A DNA stretch of 64,000 nt, taken from positions 96,001-160,000 of the forward strand of contig CAVYSY010000003.1 of assembly GCA_963771175.1 (NCBI GenBank), in the 5' to 3' direction. Below are positions 1-9,904 of the stretch, one piece after another. The notes under the pieces are model-generated. The model made no database searches and was not told the origin of the DNA. It saw only the letters and a program-made list of their open reading frames with translations. The DNA comes from an uncultured delta proteobacterium (GTDB lineage Bacteria; Myxococcota; Myxococcia; Myxococcales; Myxococcaceae). Within the stretch, counting starts at the first letter, position 1, and each line of letters begins with the position of its first letter. Both the position numbers and the translations under genes were made by a program.

Positions 1-674
1 TGATGGCGGCGCTCGGCGTCTTCCAGCTCGACGCGCTCGAGGTGGTGCGGCGCGCGGAGCACAAGCCGCTGCAGCTCAAGCTGGCGCGCACGCTGGGGCT
101 GGAGGTGCCGCGCACGCTGATGACCAATGACCCGGAGGCGGTGCGTGCCTTCGCCGCGAGCTGCCCCAGCGGCGTGGTGACGAAGATGATGTCCTCGTTC
201 GCCGTGTACGACGAGCGGGGCAAGGAGCAGGTGGTCTTCACCACGCCCCTGAGCCCGAAGGAGCTGGAGGACCTGGAGGGACTGGACCTGTGTCCGATGA
301 CCTTCCAGGAGCGGCTGACCAAGGCGGTGGAGCTGCGGGTGACGGTGGTGGGAGAGCGGGTGATGGCGGCGGCCATCGACTCGCAGGCGCTGCCGGGCGC
401 GCGTGAGGACTGGCGTCGCGAGGGCGTGGCGCTCGTCGATGCATGGAAACCCTACACACTGCCCGAGCCGGTGCACGCGCGGGTGCTCGGGCTGATGGAT
501 GCGCTGGGGCTCAACTACGGCGCGTTCGACTTCATCGTCACCCCCGAGGGGCGGCACGTCTTCCTCGAGGTGAACCCGTCGGGCGAGTTCATGTGGTTGA
601 TGCGCAACCCGGGCCTGCCCATCGACGAGGCGCTCGCGGACGTGCTCACCGGGCGTGCACCGCGGCGGTCGTGA
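1..674 (+). CDS. ATP-grasp RiPP maturase (graspetide/microviridin MvdC/MvdD-like), 5'-truncated at window edge
   Basis: Motifs KPLQL..A..LGL.VPRTL.TN, PMTFQE, ELRVTVVG, DWRR, LNYGAFDFIVTPEGRHVFLEVNPSGE typical of graspetide ATP-grasp ligases. Confidence 0.88.
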   Translation, partial: MAALGVFQLDALEVVRRAEHKPLQLKLARTLGLEVPRTLMTNDPEAVRAFAASCPSGVVTKMMSSFAVYDERGKEQVVFTTPLSPKELEDLEGLDLCPMTFQERLTKAVELRVTVVGERVMAAAIDSQALPGAREDWRREGVALVDAWKPYTLPEPVHARVLGLMDALGLNYGAFDFIVTPEGRHVFLEVNPSGEFMWLMRNPGLPIDEALADVLTGRAPRRS

Positions 675-772
675 GCCCCCCGGTGCCCGAGCGGTTGGAG
701 GCCCTCACCGGCCTCCGCTTCCTCGCCGCCTTCCATGCGGCGCCCGCTACGGAGCGCGCAGGAGGCTGGTGA
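671..772 (+). pseudogene. N-terminal remnant of Acyltransferase_3 (OafA/YrhL-like) gene
   Basis: GTG overlaps the upstream stop (GTGA). Translates MSPPVPERLEALTGLRFLAAFH, matching the RLxxLxGLRxxAA N-terminal signature, then runs into the convergent gene. Confidence 0.55.
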
Positions 773-2269
773 AGGCCTCCGCCGACGAGTGGTCCACCAG
801 GGTGGTGACCCGGTAGGGGCTCCGGGTGAGGTCGACGCCCGGCGTCACCTTCGCGTCGATGCGGACGACGTAGGTCTGCCCCGACTGGAGCACGCCCGGT
901 GGCACCTGGAGGCGCCGCCCCTTGGTGAAGAAGTTCGCCACCGGTTCGTTGGCGGTAAGGGTGGGGTCGCTCGGCCGGGTGAAGAGCCGGAGGATGCGCA
1001 CCTCGTAGACATCCGGGGTCCCCAGCGAGGGCGGCGCCCAGGTGAAGACCGGGGAGAGGGACGCGAGGTCGCGATCCTCCAGCGCGTTGAGGCCGTCCAC
1101 CTGGAGCTGCGTCGGCGGCGAGACGCGCGCCTGCACCGGCCCCGACAGGAAGCGGCCCAGCTCCGCCTGCTCCATCAGCGAGGCGGTCACCGAGCCGCTC
1201 GTCGTCCCCGGCAGCCGCAGGGGGACCGGGTAGCGGTGGTAGACGTTCGCCACCACGCCCCACGTGGACGGATAGGGGTTGCCGAACTCCACCTGGAAGG
1301 GAACGTCCTGGGCGCTCGCGGAGATGCTCCCATGAGCAGCTCCCCGGAGTACCCCACCCAACCCTTCGCGAGCCCGCCGGCGGCCGGCATGATGTTGAGG
1401 TTGTGACGCACGGACCGCGTGCTCAGGGAGACCGCGAGCGGGTGTACCGCGGACCGGAAGAAATCGAAGCTCGCGCGCCGCCAGTCAATGGTGGCCTGCT
1501 GCTGCGGGACGGGATTGAGGGTGCCACTCACCCGAGAGGCCTCACCGTCCGCGCGGAACGTCACATCCGACAGCGTCCGCGCCCGGGAGAGGCTGGAGTA
1601 GTTGAAGCCATTCGACGCGTGCGGGAGATTCTGGAAGATGTAGGAGCGGTCCCCCTTCGCGGCATCGATGAGCTCATTGCGCGCATACCCGTAATCCGAC
1701 AGGTACTCTCCAGGCGCATCGGAGAGCGAGTCGACGCCCGGGGCAACGGAGCTGTCCACGTTGATTGTGCCCGTGGCGCCCGCGTTCGGGGTGACCAGCC
1801 CGAAGCTCAGCATTTCGGTCAGGGGGTCCAGGCCGTCCAGGGTCAGGGTGACGGGGAGCGGCGTCTCCGCGAAGGTGACGCCCTCGCGACCCAGGATGTA
1901 CTCGTCGAGGTCCAGCTCCCGGTGCTCGGTGACGACGTACCCGGTCTGGCGATACTTCAGGTAGTAGGAGCCCTGCGGAACGTTCTCGAACTTGAAGGTG
2001 CCCTGGCCGGTGGCGATGACGGGGCGCGTCTCGAAGGAGCCCTCGACGGGCACCAGCACCGACAGCGCGCTCAGCCCCTCATCATCCACGGTGCGGAGGT
2101 CTTCCGTATCCAGGCGGCGGTGGATGGCGCGCTGGCCCGTGACGACATCCGGGTTCTGCTCCGGCGGGTTCGGCTCCTCACCCCCACAGGAGATGGACAG
2201 CAGGCTGAGCGGGGCGAGCAGGGCGGTGAGACGGCCGATAGCGGGCAGGGAACGACGGTGGGAGGACAT
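747..2269 (-). CDS. Myxobacterial surface lipoprotein with C-terminal FN3-like region (one frameshift near 1320-1335)
   Basis: AGGAG RBS, signal with lipobox-like LSISC; joins ORFs 1187..2488 and 747..1361. Confidence 0.65.
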
Positions 2270-2554
2270 CGACGGCTCCTGTTGATCGATTTTGTTCGGT
2301 AATTCGATCGGAAATACGGAGGCACCGTCCCACCCTGGTCGTTCGCACCGCACAATCCGGGCAGTCAGCCGAGCACGCGGGTGAGGGCACACCCACATCC
2401 CGCGAGCAGCAGGCGGGGGTGCAAGGGTTACAAGATGGGAAATTCCGTTCCAGTAGAAAGGCCAGCCGGAGGTAACGCGGGCGGTCACCCGGGACAGAGA
2501 ACTTCCCTCTCGTTCCGAGGACTTGGACAGGGTTGACCCTCCCGTGGGGACAGG

Positions 2555-2570
2555 TGGGCCGTGCTTTGCA
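2555..2570 (+). promoter_or_regulatory. sigma54 (-24/-12) promoter for the minor pilin operon
   Basis: TGGGCCGTGCTTTGCA versus consensus TGGCACG-N4-TTGCW with correct GG/GC spacing; AAGGAG RBS at 2586 and GTG at 2599 follow. Confidence 0.7.
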
Positions 2571-2598
2571 CAGGCAGCCGGGCGGAAGGAGTTCCCGC

Positions 2599-3264
2599 GT
2601 GTCCACCCGCTCCCGCTCCGCAGGCTTCACCCTCATCGAACTGCTCGTGGCGGTCGCCCTCCTCGGCATCCTGGCGACGCTCGCCGGCGTGACGGTGTTC
2701 CATGGCACCGCGCGCGTGCGCGTGAGCAATGCCGCCTTCGAGGTGGGCGCGCTGTACTCCGCCGCACAGATGCGGGCCAGCAGCATGGGCGTGCCCCACT
2801 ACGTCGTCTTCCACGATGACGGTACCGACTTCGGCGCCTACCTGCTGGAGCGAGCCGACGCGCTGGGCTTCTACAACTGGGCCAGCGACGACGTGATGAA
2901 CGCGGCCCTGGTGGGAGGAACGCGGCACGAGCACCTCCGACTCTCGCGCGAGAGCGGTCTGGGCTTCGTGAACCTCGCCGCACCGACTCCCAGCCGCAAG
3001 CCCCTGCCCGCGCCCTTCGCCTCCATCCCGCTCACCGCGTCCGGCTCGGGCCGGCTGCTCGGCGGGTGCTCCTTCTGCACCACGGGCACCGGGGGCGCTC
3101 GCGGGGTCCTCCGCTTCTCTCCCAACGGCACCGTGCAGGTGATGACGGGCAGTGCGGAGGCGGGAGGCGTCGTCGCCTTCGCGCCCGACTCGCGCGGCTT
3201 CCAGTCCGGCCCACCCCGTCTGGTCGTCATCGCCACGCCGGCCGGCGCCATCCGGGTCTTCTAG
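2599..3264 (+). CDS. fimU: Type IV minor pilin FimU/GspH-like
   Basis: Prepilin motif G|FTLIELLVAVALLGILA; first gene of the fimU-V-W-X-Y1 order. Confidence 0.8.
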   Translation: MSTRSRSAGFTLIELLVAVALLGILATLAGVTVFHGTARVRVSNAAFEVGALYSAAQMRASSMGVPHYVVFHDDGTDFGAYLLERADALGFYNWASDDVMNAALVGGTRHEHLRLSRESGLGFVNLAAPTPSRKPLPAPFASIPLTASGSGRLLGGCSFCTTGTGGARGVLRFSPNGTVQVMTGSAEAGGVVAFAPDSRGFQSGPPRLVVIATPAGAIRVF

Positions 3265-3278
3265 GAGGACACGTCTCC

Positions 3279-3830
3279 ATGACATCCATTGCTCGCGCTC
3301 CCCATGCCCGAGGCTTCAGCCTCATCGAGGCCCTGGCGGCGCTCGCCGTCTTCTCCATCGGCCTGCTCGGCGTGCTGCACATGAACGTGCTGGCCAGCCA
3401 GCAGAACGGACTGGCCCGGCGTCAGTCCACCGCGAGCAAGATTGGCCGCGACCTGGTGGACGCCTTCGAGCGCCTGCCCTTCCACCACCCACTGCTGTCC
3501 ACCGTGAGCACCCTCGACCCGGTGGAGCCGCGCTTCGCCCGCTTCGATGAGGCCGACGGTCGGGTGAAGCTCTCGGACGCGGTGGCGCTCGTCGGGGAGC
3601 GCCCGCTGCTCGGCGCGGCGCAGGCCAGCGTGAGCGCCGAGGGCACCTACGAGGTGGCCTGGCGGGTGGCGCCCGTGAAGGGCTCGGACGGCAGCACCGA
3701 GGCCCACCGCATCCTGGTGATGGTGCGCTTCCCCACCACCGCCGGGGACCTCAAGCAGGTCAACGTCTGGGCGGTGAAGTTCAACCCCGAGGCCATCGGC
3801 CGGGGCGCCGCGGCCATCCCGGAGATTTGA
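3279..3830 (+). CDS. pilV: Type IV minor pilin PilV
   Basis: G|FSLIEALAALAVFSIGLLG; AGGAGG RBS; gene order. Confidence 0.82.
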   Translation: MTSIARAPHARGFSLIEALAALAVFSIGLLGVLHMNVLASQQNGLARRQSTASKIGRDLVDAFERLPFHHPLLSTVSTLDPVEPRFARFDEADGRVKLSDAVALVGERPLLGAAQASVSAEGTYEVAWRVAPVKGSDGSTEAHRILVMVRFPTTAGDLKQVNVWAVKFNPEAIGRGAAAIPEI

Positions 3831-3833
3831 GTC

Positions 3834-5057
3834 ATGCGCGCGCCTCCTGGCCCTCGGGGCTTCACCCTGGTCGAGCTGCTCATCGGCACCGCCGTGAGTG
3901 CCCTGGCGCTCACCGGCATCTGCTTCGTCTTCGTGTCGCAGGCCTCGCAGTACCAGGCCCACGCCAGCCGCCGCGCGGTGCAGGCCAGCGTCCGCCAGGC
4001 GCTCGGCGTCATGGAGCGGCACGTGCGCAACGCGGGCTACGGAGTGGACCCGGACCGCGCCATCCTCGCCTACGACTCCTACGATGCGGCCGGGGACGCA
4101 CCCGGTGACGGCTACCCGGACGGCCTCACCGTCCACGCGCGCGACCTGTACTTCCGCCGCCTCGCCACCACCGTGGGCCCGGACTCCCTGCACTTCGACC
4201 ACGAGCTCCAGCGGCCGCTGCGCAAGGGCGAAATCCTCCTCGTCCTCTGCCCCGGCGCCATCCGGTATGCCTACGTGACGGTGGGAGAGACCGCTCCGGC
4301 GAAGGCCACCTCCGTCAAGCTGGACACCTCTCCGGCCCCGGTGGACTCGCCCGCGGGACCTCCCGGCGCGCTCTTCCGCGAGCAGGACAAGCTGGACGAC
4401 GCCTGCTTCCACGACGGCGAGCCGCCGGTGGTGGTGAAGGTGGAGCGCACCAGCTTCTACGTCACCGCCTTCGATGATGACGGGGACCCGGCCACGCCCA
4501 GCGCCACGCCCTACCTCATGCAGCACCGGGGCGTGGACACCAACGACGACGGACACATCGACGCGGCCGACGCCACGCCCGTCGCGGTGGGCATCGAGCA
4601 ACTCCAGGTGGCCTACATCCTCAACACCGTGGGCAACAGCGCGCCGCCACTCGTGGGGGTGGACGGCACCGTGCCCTGGGGCGAGACGTGGAACACCGGG
4701 ACGCCCGAGTCGGCTCGCCCGCGCCTGGACGACGCCTACGCCTCGCTCCGGCGCCTCCAATCGCACCCGGCCAACATCCGGCAGGTGCGCCTCACGCTCG
4801 TCGCGCGCAGCACCCAGCCGGACCGGCAGCGCCCGGGAGATGACGTGCTCACCCCCGGAGCCGCGGGCACCGAGGGCCCCGCGCTTCCCTCCGGCTCCCT
4901 CCCCTGGCGCCAGCTCGAGAACCTGGGCACCACGCCCGCCAAGGCCTTCGACCCGCGTGGCGGCGGCTTCACCCGCGCCGTGCTTCGCGAGGCCATCGCT
5001 CCCAAGAACCTGCTGATGCGCTCCCAGTTCATCCCCATCCACCGGGGAGGAGGCTGA
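3834..5057 (+). CDS. pilW: Type IV minor pilin PilW
   Basis: G|FTLVELLIG, RNAGYG, IEQLQVAY, IRQVRLTLVARS. Confidence 0.85.
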   Translation: MRAPPGPRGFTLVELLIGTAVSALALTGICFVFVSQASQYQAHASRRAVQASVRQALGVMERHVRNAGYGVDPDRAILAYDSYDAAGDAPGDGYPDGLTVHARDLYFRRLATTVGPDSLHFDHELQRPLRKGEILLVLCPGAIRYAYVTVGETAPAKATSVKLDTSPAPVDSPAGPPGALFREQDKLDDACFHDGEPPVVVKVERTSFYVTAFDDDGDPATPSATPYLMQHRGVDTNDDGHIDAADATPVAVGIEQLQVAYILNTVGNSAPPLVGVDGTVPWGETWNTGTPESARPRLDDAYASLRRLQSHPANIRQVRLTLVARSTQPDRQRPGDDVLTPGAAGTEGPALPSGSLPWRQLENLGTTPAKAFDPRGGGFTRAVLREAIAPKNLLMRSQFIPIHRGGG

Positions 5058-5060
5058 GCC

Positions 5061-5582
5061 ATGCACTCCCGTCCCACCGGCCCACGAGGCATGGCCCTCG
5101 TGATGTCGCTCATCGTCATCGTCCTCCTCTCCCTGCTGGTGGCGGGCGCCATCACCTTCACCGGCACCGAGCGCAACGCCGCGATGCTCCAGACGCGCGA
5201 GGACTCGCTCTCCGCCTGCACCCAGGCGGCACGCAACCTCTTCCTCGCGCGACTGCGGGTGCTCACGCCGGGCAGCGCCAGCCAGGTGAGGCTCGATGAC
5301 GCGTACGGCGAGGGCCGCATCCGCCTGGGCCACTTCGCGGGCGGCGCCGATGCCGGAGTCCCGCCCACCCCCGGAGGCGGCTCGTCGGCCACCCTCACCG
5401 AGGTGAAGGCCATTCCCGCCAACGCCGTGGGGACCTCGCGCGGCTCGGCGCGGGACATCAGCAACACCCTCGGCGACTCGGCCGAGGGAGCCATCTGGTA
5501 CTCCGTCACGGCGCTCTGCCAGGAGTACCCGGGCGGCCCCGAGCGTGAGGTCGAGTTCGTCGTCCGTGTCGGCCTGCAGTAG
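5061..5582 (+). CDS. pilX: Type IV minor pilin PilX
   Basis: G|MALVMSLIVIVLL lacks Glu+5, as in PilX/GspK; lies directly before pilY1. Confidence 0.8.
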   Translation: MHSRPTGPRGMALVMSLIVIVLLSLLVAGAITFTGTERNAAMLQTREDSLSACTQAARNLFLARLRVLTPGSASQVRLDDAYGEGRIRLGHFAGGADAGVPPTPGGGSSATLTEVKAIPANAVGTSRGSARDISNTLGDSAEGAIWYSVTALCQEYPGGPEREVEFVVRVGLQ

Positions 5583-5598
5583 CCCCGAGGAATCCCTC

Positions 5599-8500
5599 AT
5601 GACTGCCTGGAGCCACCTCCACCGCCTGCTCTCCGCCGCGCTCCTGCTCACCCCCGCGCTGGCCCATACCGAGTCGGAGCCCAGGGCCGCCTGCTGCCAG
5701 CTCACCACCTCGCTGGCCTCCGAGGCCCTGCGCGGTGAGGACCTCACCGGGGACGAGCGCTTCTTCATGAGCGAGGGCACGTCGCCCAACGTCCACTTCC
5801 TCATCGACACCTCGGCCTCCATGCGCGAGCTGCCCCAGGTGAAGGAAGGCGACCATGAGTCCTTCTTCGCCGCGGGCGACGGCTGCACCCAGCCGGCTCT
5901 GCTCGCGGTGGAGGCCGCCAACGGGTGGAACCCGAGCACCGTGTACCCCGTACCGGACGCGGACCACCCCAACCTGTTCCGTGACGACAAGCTCTACGCG
6001 TACATGTTCTGGGAGGACCTCAACGAGCCGGCCCCCAACTGGAACACGAAGGAGGACGCCTGCGCGTTCCAGCACCCGGTGTCCGCGGACCCGACCCGGG
6101 CGCTCTACGACGCGTGCCTCTCCTGCCTCCAGGAAAAGGGCTTCTACAAGCGGCCGGGGGCGGTGGGCTCCAGGCCGGGGATGGATCCCCGCCGCCTCAC
6201 CTACGTCTTCACCGGCCGCTTCCTCAACTTCAACCCGCCCAAGTACGTGACGGCCAAGGCCACCCTCAAGTCCATCCTCCGAGACATGCGGCGGGTGCGC
6301 GTGGGCCTCAGCTACTTCGACGCGGACAACTCGGTGCACGGCGCGCTCATGGCCATGCCGCAGGGCCCCTCGTGCGACGCGCTCCGCGCGAACCCCAACG
6401 CCTTCACCACCGCGCGCGACGGCTACCTCGCGGCCGTGGACTCGCTGCGCTTCAAGGCCGCCACCCCGCTCGCCGAGTCGCTCCTCAACCTCGGGCAGTA
6501 CTTCTCCTCGAGCAACGGCCTCTACACGGACACCTTCGGCTTCGACTCCAGCTACCTCAAGACGGGCTTCCAGAACGTGCTCCTCGGGAGCCCGGAACGG
6601 AGCTGGTGCTGGGGCTGCCAGGCCACCTCCATCGTCATCGTCACCGACGGCGAGCCGAGCGCCGATGACCACGTCCCCGCCGCGAGCATCGAGCTCCTCA
6701 ACGGCGGCCCGGTGACATGCCCCACCGCGGAGCCGTGCCCGGAGGACGCGCAGCACAAGCTGGATGACGTGGCGAAGCTGCTCGCCACCCAGGACCTGCA
6801 GCGCAGCAGCCCGGAGGTGCTGGGCGACCTCGACACCCACGGCCGGCAGAGCCTCACCATCCACGCCATCGGCTTCGGGGTGAACGCCCACATCCTCAAG
6901 AACGCCGCCCGCGTGGGAGGCGGCCTCTACTACCAGGCCAACGACGGCGTGGGGCTGAAGAAGGCCCTGGAGAACGTCATCGCCAACGTGGACCGGCGCG
7001 CCACCTCCTTCTCGTCGGCGTCCGTGTCCGGCACGCAGCTCTCCGGTGCGAACGGCACGCTGGTGCCCCGCCTGCGTCCGGGCCGGGACAGAGACGAGCC
7101 GTGGCGCGGCTACCTCTACCGCTACGAGCTCGCCTCGGAGCTGCTGCTCGGCTGCAAGCCGGACAAGGCCGCGGCCTCCGGTGGGGACACGAAGGACCTC
7201 AACGCGGACAAGGACTGCGAGGATGTCCACCTCATCGACGCGGACGGCGACGCCGTCGTGGAGAACGAGCTGGGGGACTTCGTGAAGCTGAAGGACCGGC
7301 TGCAGCCGGCGCGCCCCTTCTGGGAGGCGGGCCAGCAGCTCAAGGCCACGTCGACACCGACCCAGCGGTGGAAGACGCGCTCCATCTACACCCTCGTGGA
7401 CAACGGCGGCCCCAACGGGGCCGGACCGGATGGACGCCTCGACTCCCACGACACCCCGGTGGCCTTCACCGAGGCGAACGCGACCCTGCTGCGCGAGTTC
7501 CTCGGCATCGGCGAGGGCGGGTGCACGGTGGCCGGCGAGAAGCTGGGACCGGACGACTGCGCCCGGGCCGTCATCCGCTACTACCGGGGCGCGGACGTGC
7601 TGAACACGGACCCGACCCGGCGCGACTTCGACCGGCCCTTCCTGCTGCACGACATCTTCCACTCGGCGCCGCAGAGCGTGGAGCCGCCCATGCCCCGGGC
7701 CTTCTGCGGCTTCTCGCGGCAGTGCCTGCAGACACTCTTCGCCGGGCAGACGGAGCAGAAGGGCTACGCGGAGTCGGGCACGGGCCGCACGCACGACGCC
7801 TATGACGAGTACGTCTCGCGCCACAAGGACCGGGACCGGGTGGTGCTGGTGGGCTCCAACGGCGGCATGCTCCACGCCTTCCACAACGGGCGCGGCGCCG
7901 GGGAGGACCCCGTCACGGGACTCGTGCGGCACGACGAGGGCACGGGCGAGGAGCTGTGGGCCTTCGTCCCGCCGGACCTGCTGCCCAAGCTGCTGCCCAA
8001 GCTGGGCCGGCACGGCTGGTTCGTGGACGGCACGCCCATGGTGCGCGAGGTGTGGCTGGACGGCGTGGGCCGGCCGGGAGACGCGGTGGCCGATGGGAAG
8101 AAGCAGGCCAGCGAGTTCCGCACCGTGGCCGTCGTGGGCTCGGGCACGGGCGGCGTGCACCGCTTCGCGCTCGACGTGACGGCGCTGCTGCGCAGCCCGG
8201 GTGCGGCACAGTCGGGGCGGGCGCCCAGCGAGAAGGGCGACTTCCTGTGGATGTGGCCGCAGCCGTGCGACCCGCTCGCGCTGCAGCTCGGCGAGAGCGA
8301 TGGCCACTTCGCGTCCCGCCCGCCGCCCATCGGCCCGGTGGCCCTGGACGACCCGGACGGCCCGTGGAAGGTGGAGGGCAAGAAGGCCCGCGAGCAGTGG
8401 GTCGTCTTCCTCAACGGCGGCTATGACCGCTCGCTCAGCCGGGGCCGGGGCCTGGCCATGGTGGACCTGCGCTCGGGCGAGACGCTGTGGAGCTTCTTCG

Positions 8501-9831
8501 CGGGCGACGGCAGCGCGCGCTCCGAGTCCCTGCGCCACCCCTTCGCCGCCAGCGTGGCGATGATGGACATCGGCGGCCAGCTCGGCTCGAAGCCGGACGG
8601 AGACCTGCTCTTCGACACCGCCACCGTGGCGGACTACGGCGGGCAGGTGTGGACGGTGCGCTTCTGGGAGCCGGGGAGGCGCTCGCCCGGGGGCCGTGTC
8701 GAAAACTGGTTCGCCGCCCGCGCCTTCCAGGTGAAGGCCTCGGACCCACAGGCCGTGCGGCCGTCCTTCAGCTACATGACCTCCAACACCGTGCAGCCGG
8801 ACACGGGCTACCTGCGGACCTTCATCGGCACGGGCGACCGCTACAACCTCGCGGACGGCGGAGGGACGACGTGCCGGCTCTCCAATCCGCTCGGGTGCGC
8901 GCAGCTCGGCTGCCAGGCGAGCCAGACCGTCACCCTGGAGCGCGGAGGCACCACCGCCTGGAGCGCCAGCACCTCCTATGCCGACTACCTGAACACCAGC
9001 GGCGCGCCCACCTCGGGCACGGCCGGGGCCACGTGTGGCTCGACGAAGGTGTCGCTCGCCTGGAACTACGGCGCGGACAACGGCTGCACCGCGAGCACCT
9101 CGGGCCGGCTGGAGTACACCTGTGACGGCACCGGCGCCTCCTGGGGCTGCCGGGTGACCCAGAACGACTGGAAGCAGCTCGCCACGACGAAGCCGCTGCC
9201 GGCCACCAGTCCCCACCGCTTCTATGGTTTCTGGAGCTACGGGGTGAAGAAGGCCCGCACCTTCAACACCCCCACCGAGGCCACCGCGTACGAGGCGGGC
9301 CTGCTCACGGACGACTCGCTGGTGGACGTGTCCCAGTTCGATGCCACCGGGAAGGTGACGGGGGACCTGGAGGCCGGGTCTCTGGAGGCCGGCTGGTTCG
9401 TGCGCTACGGCCTGCCCCGCGAGCAGACGGGCAGCGGCACCACCATCGTCAACGGGTGCGTGCTGTGGAACAGCTTCGAGGCGGGGGCCTCCAGTGGCAT
9501 CTGCGCCACCTCGGGGGACCACAAGGCGCGCATCTACCAGGCGGGCTTCGTGGGCGGGGCGGCCAACTGCGCCGAGGGCTTCTACACGGCGGCCAGTGGC
9601 GGCGGGAGCGGCACCTGGCAGCGCTACGGGGAGCGGAGCGTCCTGTCGGCCCCGGCGGACCCGACCCCCCAGCGGAGCCCGCAGACGGTGGACATCATCC
9701 TCAACGAGCCGGGCACGGGCCCCCGTCGGGTGGGGGTGGCCCTGGAGAACGAGGCCCTCCAGTCACTCTACCAGTTGGAATTGGACCGTTCCGGGCACGA
9801 CTGCCGGCACGAGGCCCAGCGGTGCGAGTAG
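5599..9831 (+). CDS. pilY1: PilY1 tip adhesin (vWA domain + C-terminal beta-propeller)
   Basis: Signal peptide; MIDAS DTSAS, TPL, IVTDGEP; PilY1/PilC motifs DIFHSAP, VGSNGGMLHAF, GEELWAFVP. Confidence 0.9.
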   Translation: MTAWSHLHRLLSAALLLTPALAHTESEPRAACCQLTTSLASEALRGEDLTGDERFFMSEGTSPNVHFLIDTSASMRELPQVKEGDHESFFAAGDGCTQPALLAVEAANGWNPSTVYPVPDADHPNLFRDDKLYAYMFWEDLNEPAPNWNTKEDACAFQHPVSADPTRALYDACLSCLQEKGFYKRPGAVGSRPGMDPRRLTYVFTGRFLNFNPPKYVTAKATLKSILRDMRRVRVGLSYFDADNSVHGALMAMPQGPSCDALRANPNAFTTARDGYLAAVDSLRFKAATPLAESLLNLGQYFSSSNGLYTDTFGFDSSYLKTGFQNVLLGSPERSWCWGCQATSIVIVTDGEPSADDHVPAASIELLNGGPVTCPTAEPCPEDAQHKLDDVAKLLATQDLQRSSPEVLGDLDTHGRQSLTIHAIGFGVNAHILKNAARVGGGLYYQANDGVGLKKALENVIANVDRRATSFSSASVSGTQLSGANGTLVPRLRPGRDRDEPWRGYLYRYELASELLLGCKPDKAAASGGDTKDLNADKDCEDVHLIDADGDAVVENELGDFVKLKDRLQPARPFWEAGQQLKATSTPTQRWKTRSIYTLVDNGGPNGAGPDGRLDSHDTPVAFTEANATLLREFLGIGEGGCTVAGEKLGPDDCARAVIRYYRGADVLNTDPTRRDFDRPFLLHDIFHSAPQSVEPPMPRAFCGFSRQCLQTLFAGQTEQKGYAESGTGRTHDAYDEYVSRHKDRDRVVLVGSNGGMLHAFHNGRGAGEDPVTGLVRHDEGTGEELWAFVPPDLLPKLLPKLGRHGWFVDGTPMVREVWLDGVGRPGDAVADGKKQASEFRTVAVVGSGTGGVHRFALDVTALLRSPGAAQSGRAPSEKGDFLWMWPQPCDPLALQLGESDGHFASRPPPIGPVALDDPDGPWKVEGKKAREQWVVFLNGGYDRSLSRGRGLAMVDLRSGETLWSFFAGDGSARSESLRHPFAASVAMMDIGGQLGSKPDGDLLFDTATVADYGGQVWTVRFWEPGRRSPGGRVENWFAARAFQVKASDPQAVRPSFSYMTSNTVQPDTGYLRTFIGTGDRYNLADGGGTTCRLSNPLGCAQLGCQASQTVTLERGGTTAWSASTSYADYLNTSGAPTSGTAGATCGSTKVSLAWNYGADNGCTASTSGRLEYTCDGTGASWGCRVTQNDWKQLATTKPLPATSPHRFYGFWSYGVKKARTFNTPTEATAYEAGLLTDDSLVDVSQFDATGKVTGDLEAGSLEAGWFVRYGLPREQTGSGTTIVNGCVLWNSFEAGASSGICATSGDHKARIYQAGFVGGAANCAEGFYTAASGGGSGTWQRYGERSVLSAPADPTPQRSPQTVDIILNEPGTGPRRVGVALENEALQSLYQLELDRSGHDCRHEAQRCE

Positions 9832-9852
9832 CCACGACCATTGATTTCCGTC

Positions 9853-9887
9853 GAGGGCCGGCGTAGGCAACGGCCCTCACTCATTTT
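9853..9887 (+). terminator. Hairpin between pilY1 and proS (possible terminator, overlapping a sigma70-like promoter)
   Basis: GAGGGCCG-N10-CGGCCCTC followed by actcatttt; TTGATT-N17-TAGGCA at 9841-9869. Confidence 0.4.
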
Positions 9888-9904
9888 CGAAGGATTTCAA
9901 GCAG

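Noticed and set aside
5506..9522. 1338-aa antisense ORF (also 3261..5990, 9881..11266, 48847..51072)
   Set aside because: Shadow ORFs caused by high GC3 on the coding strand; no recognisable motifs
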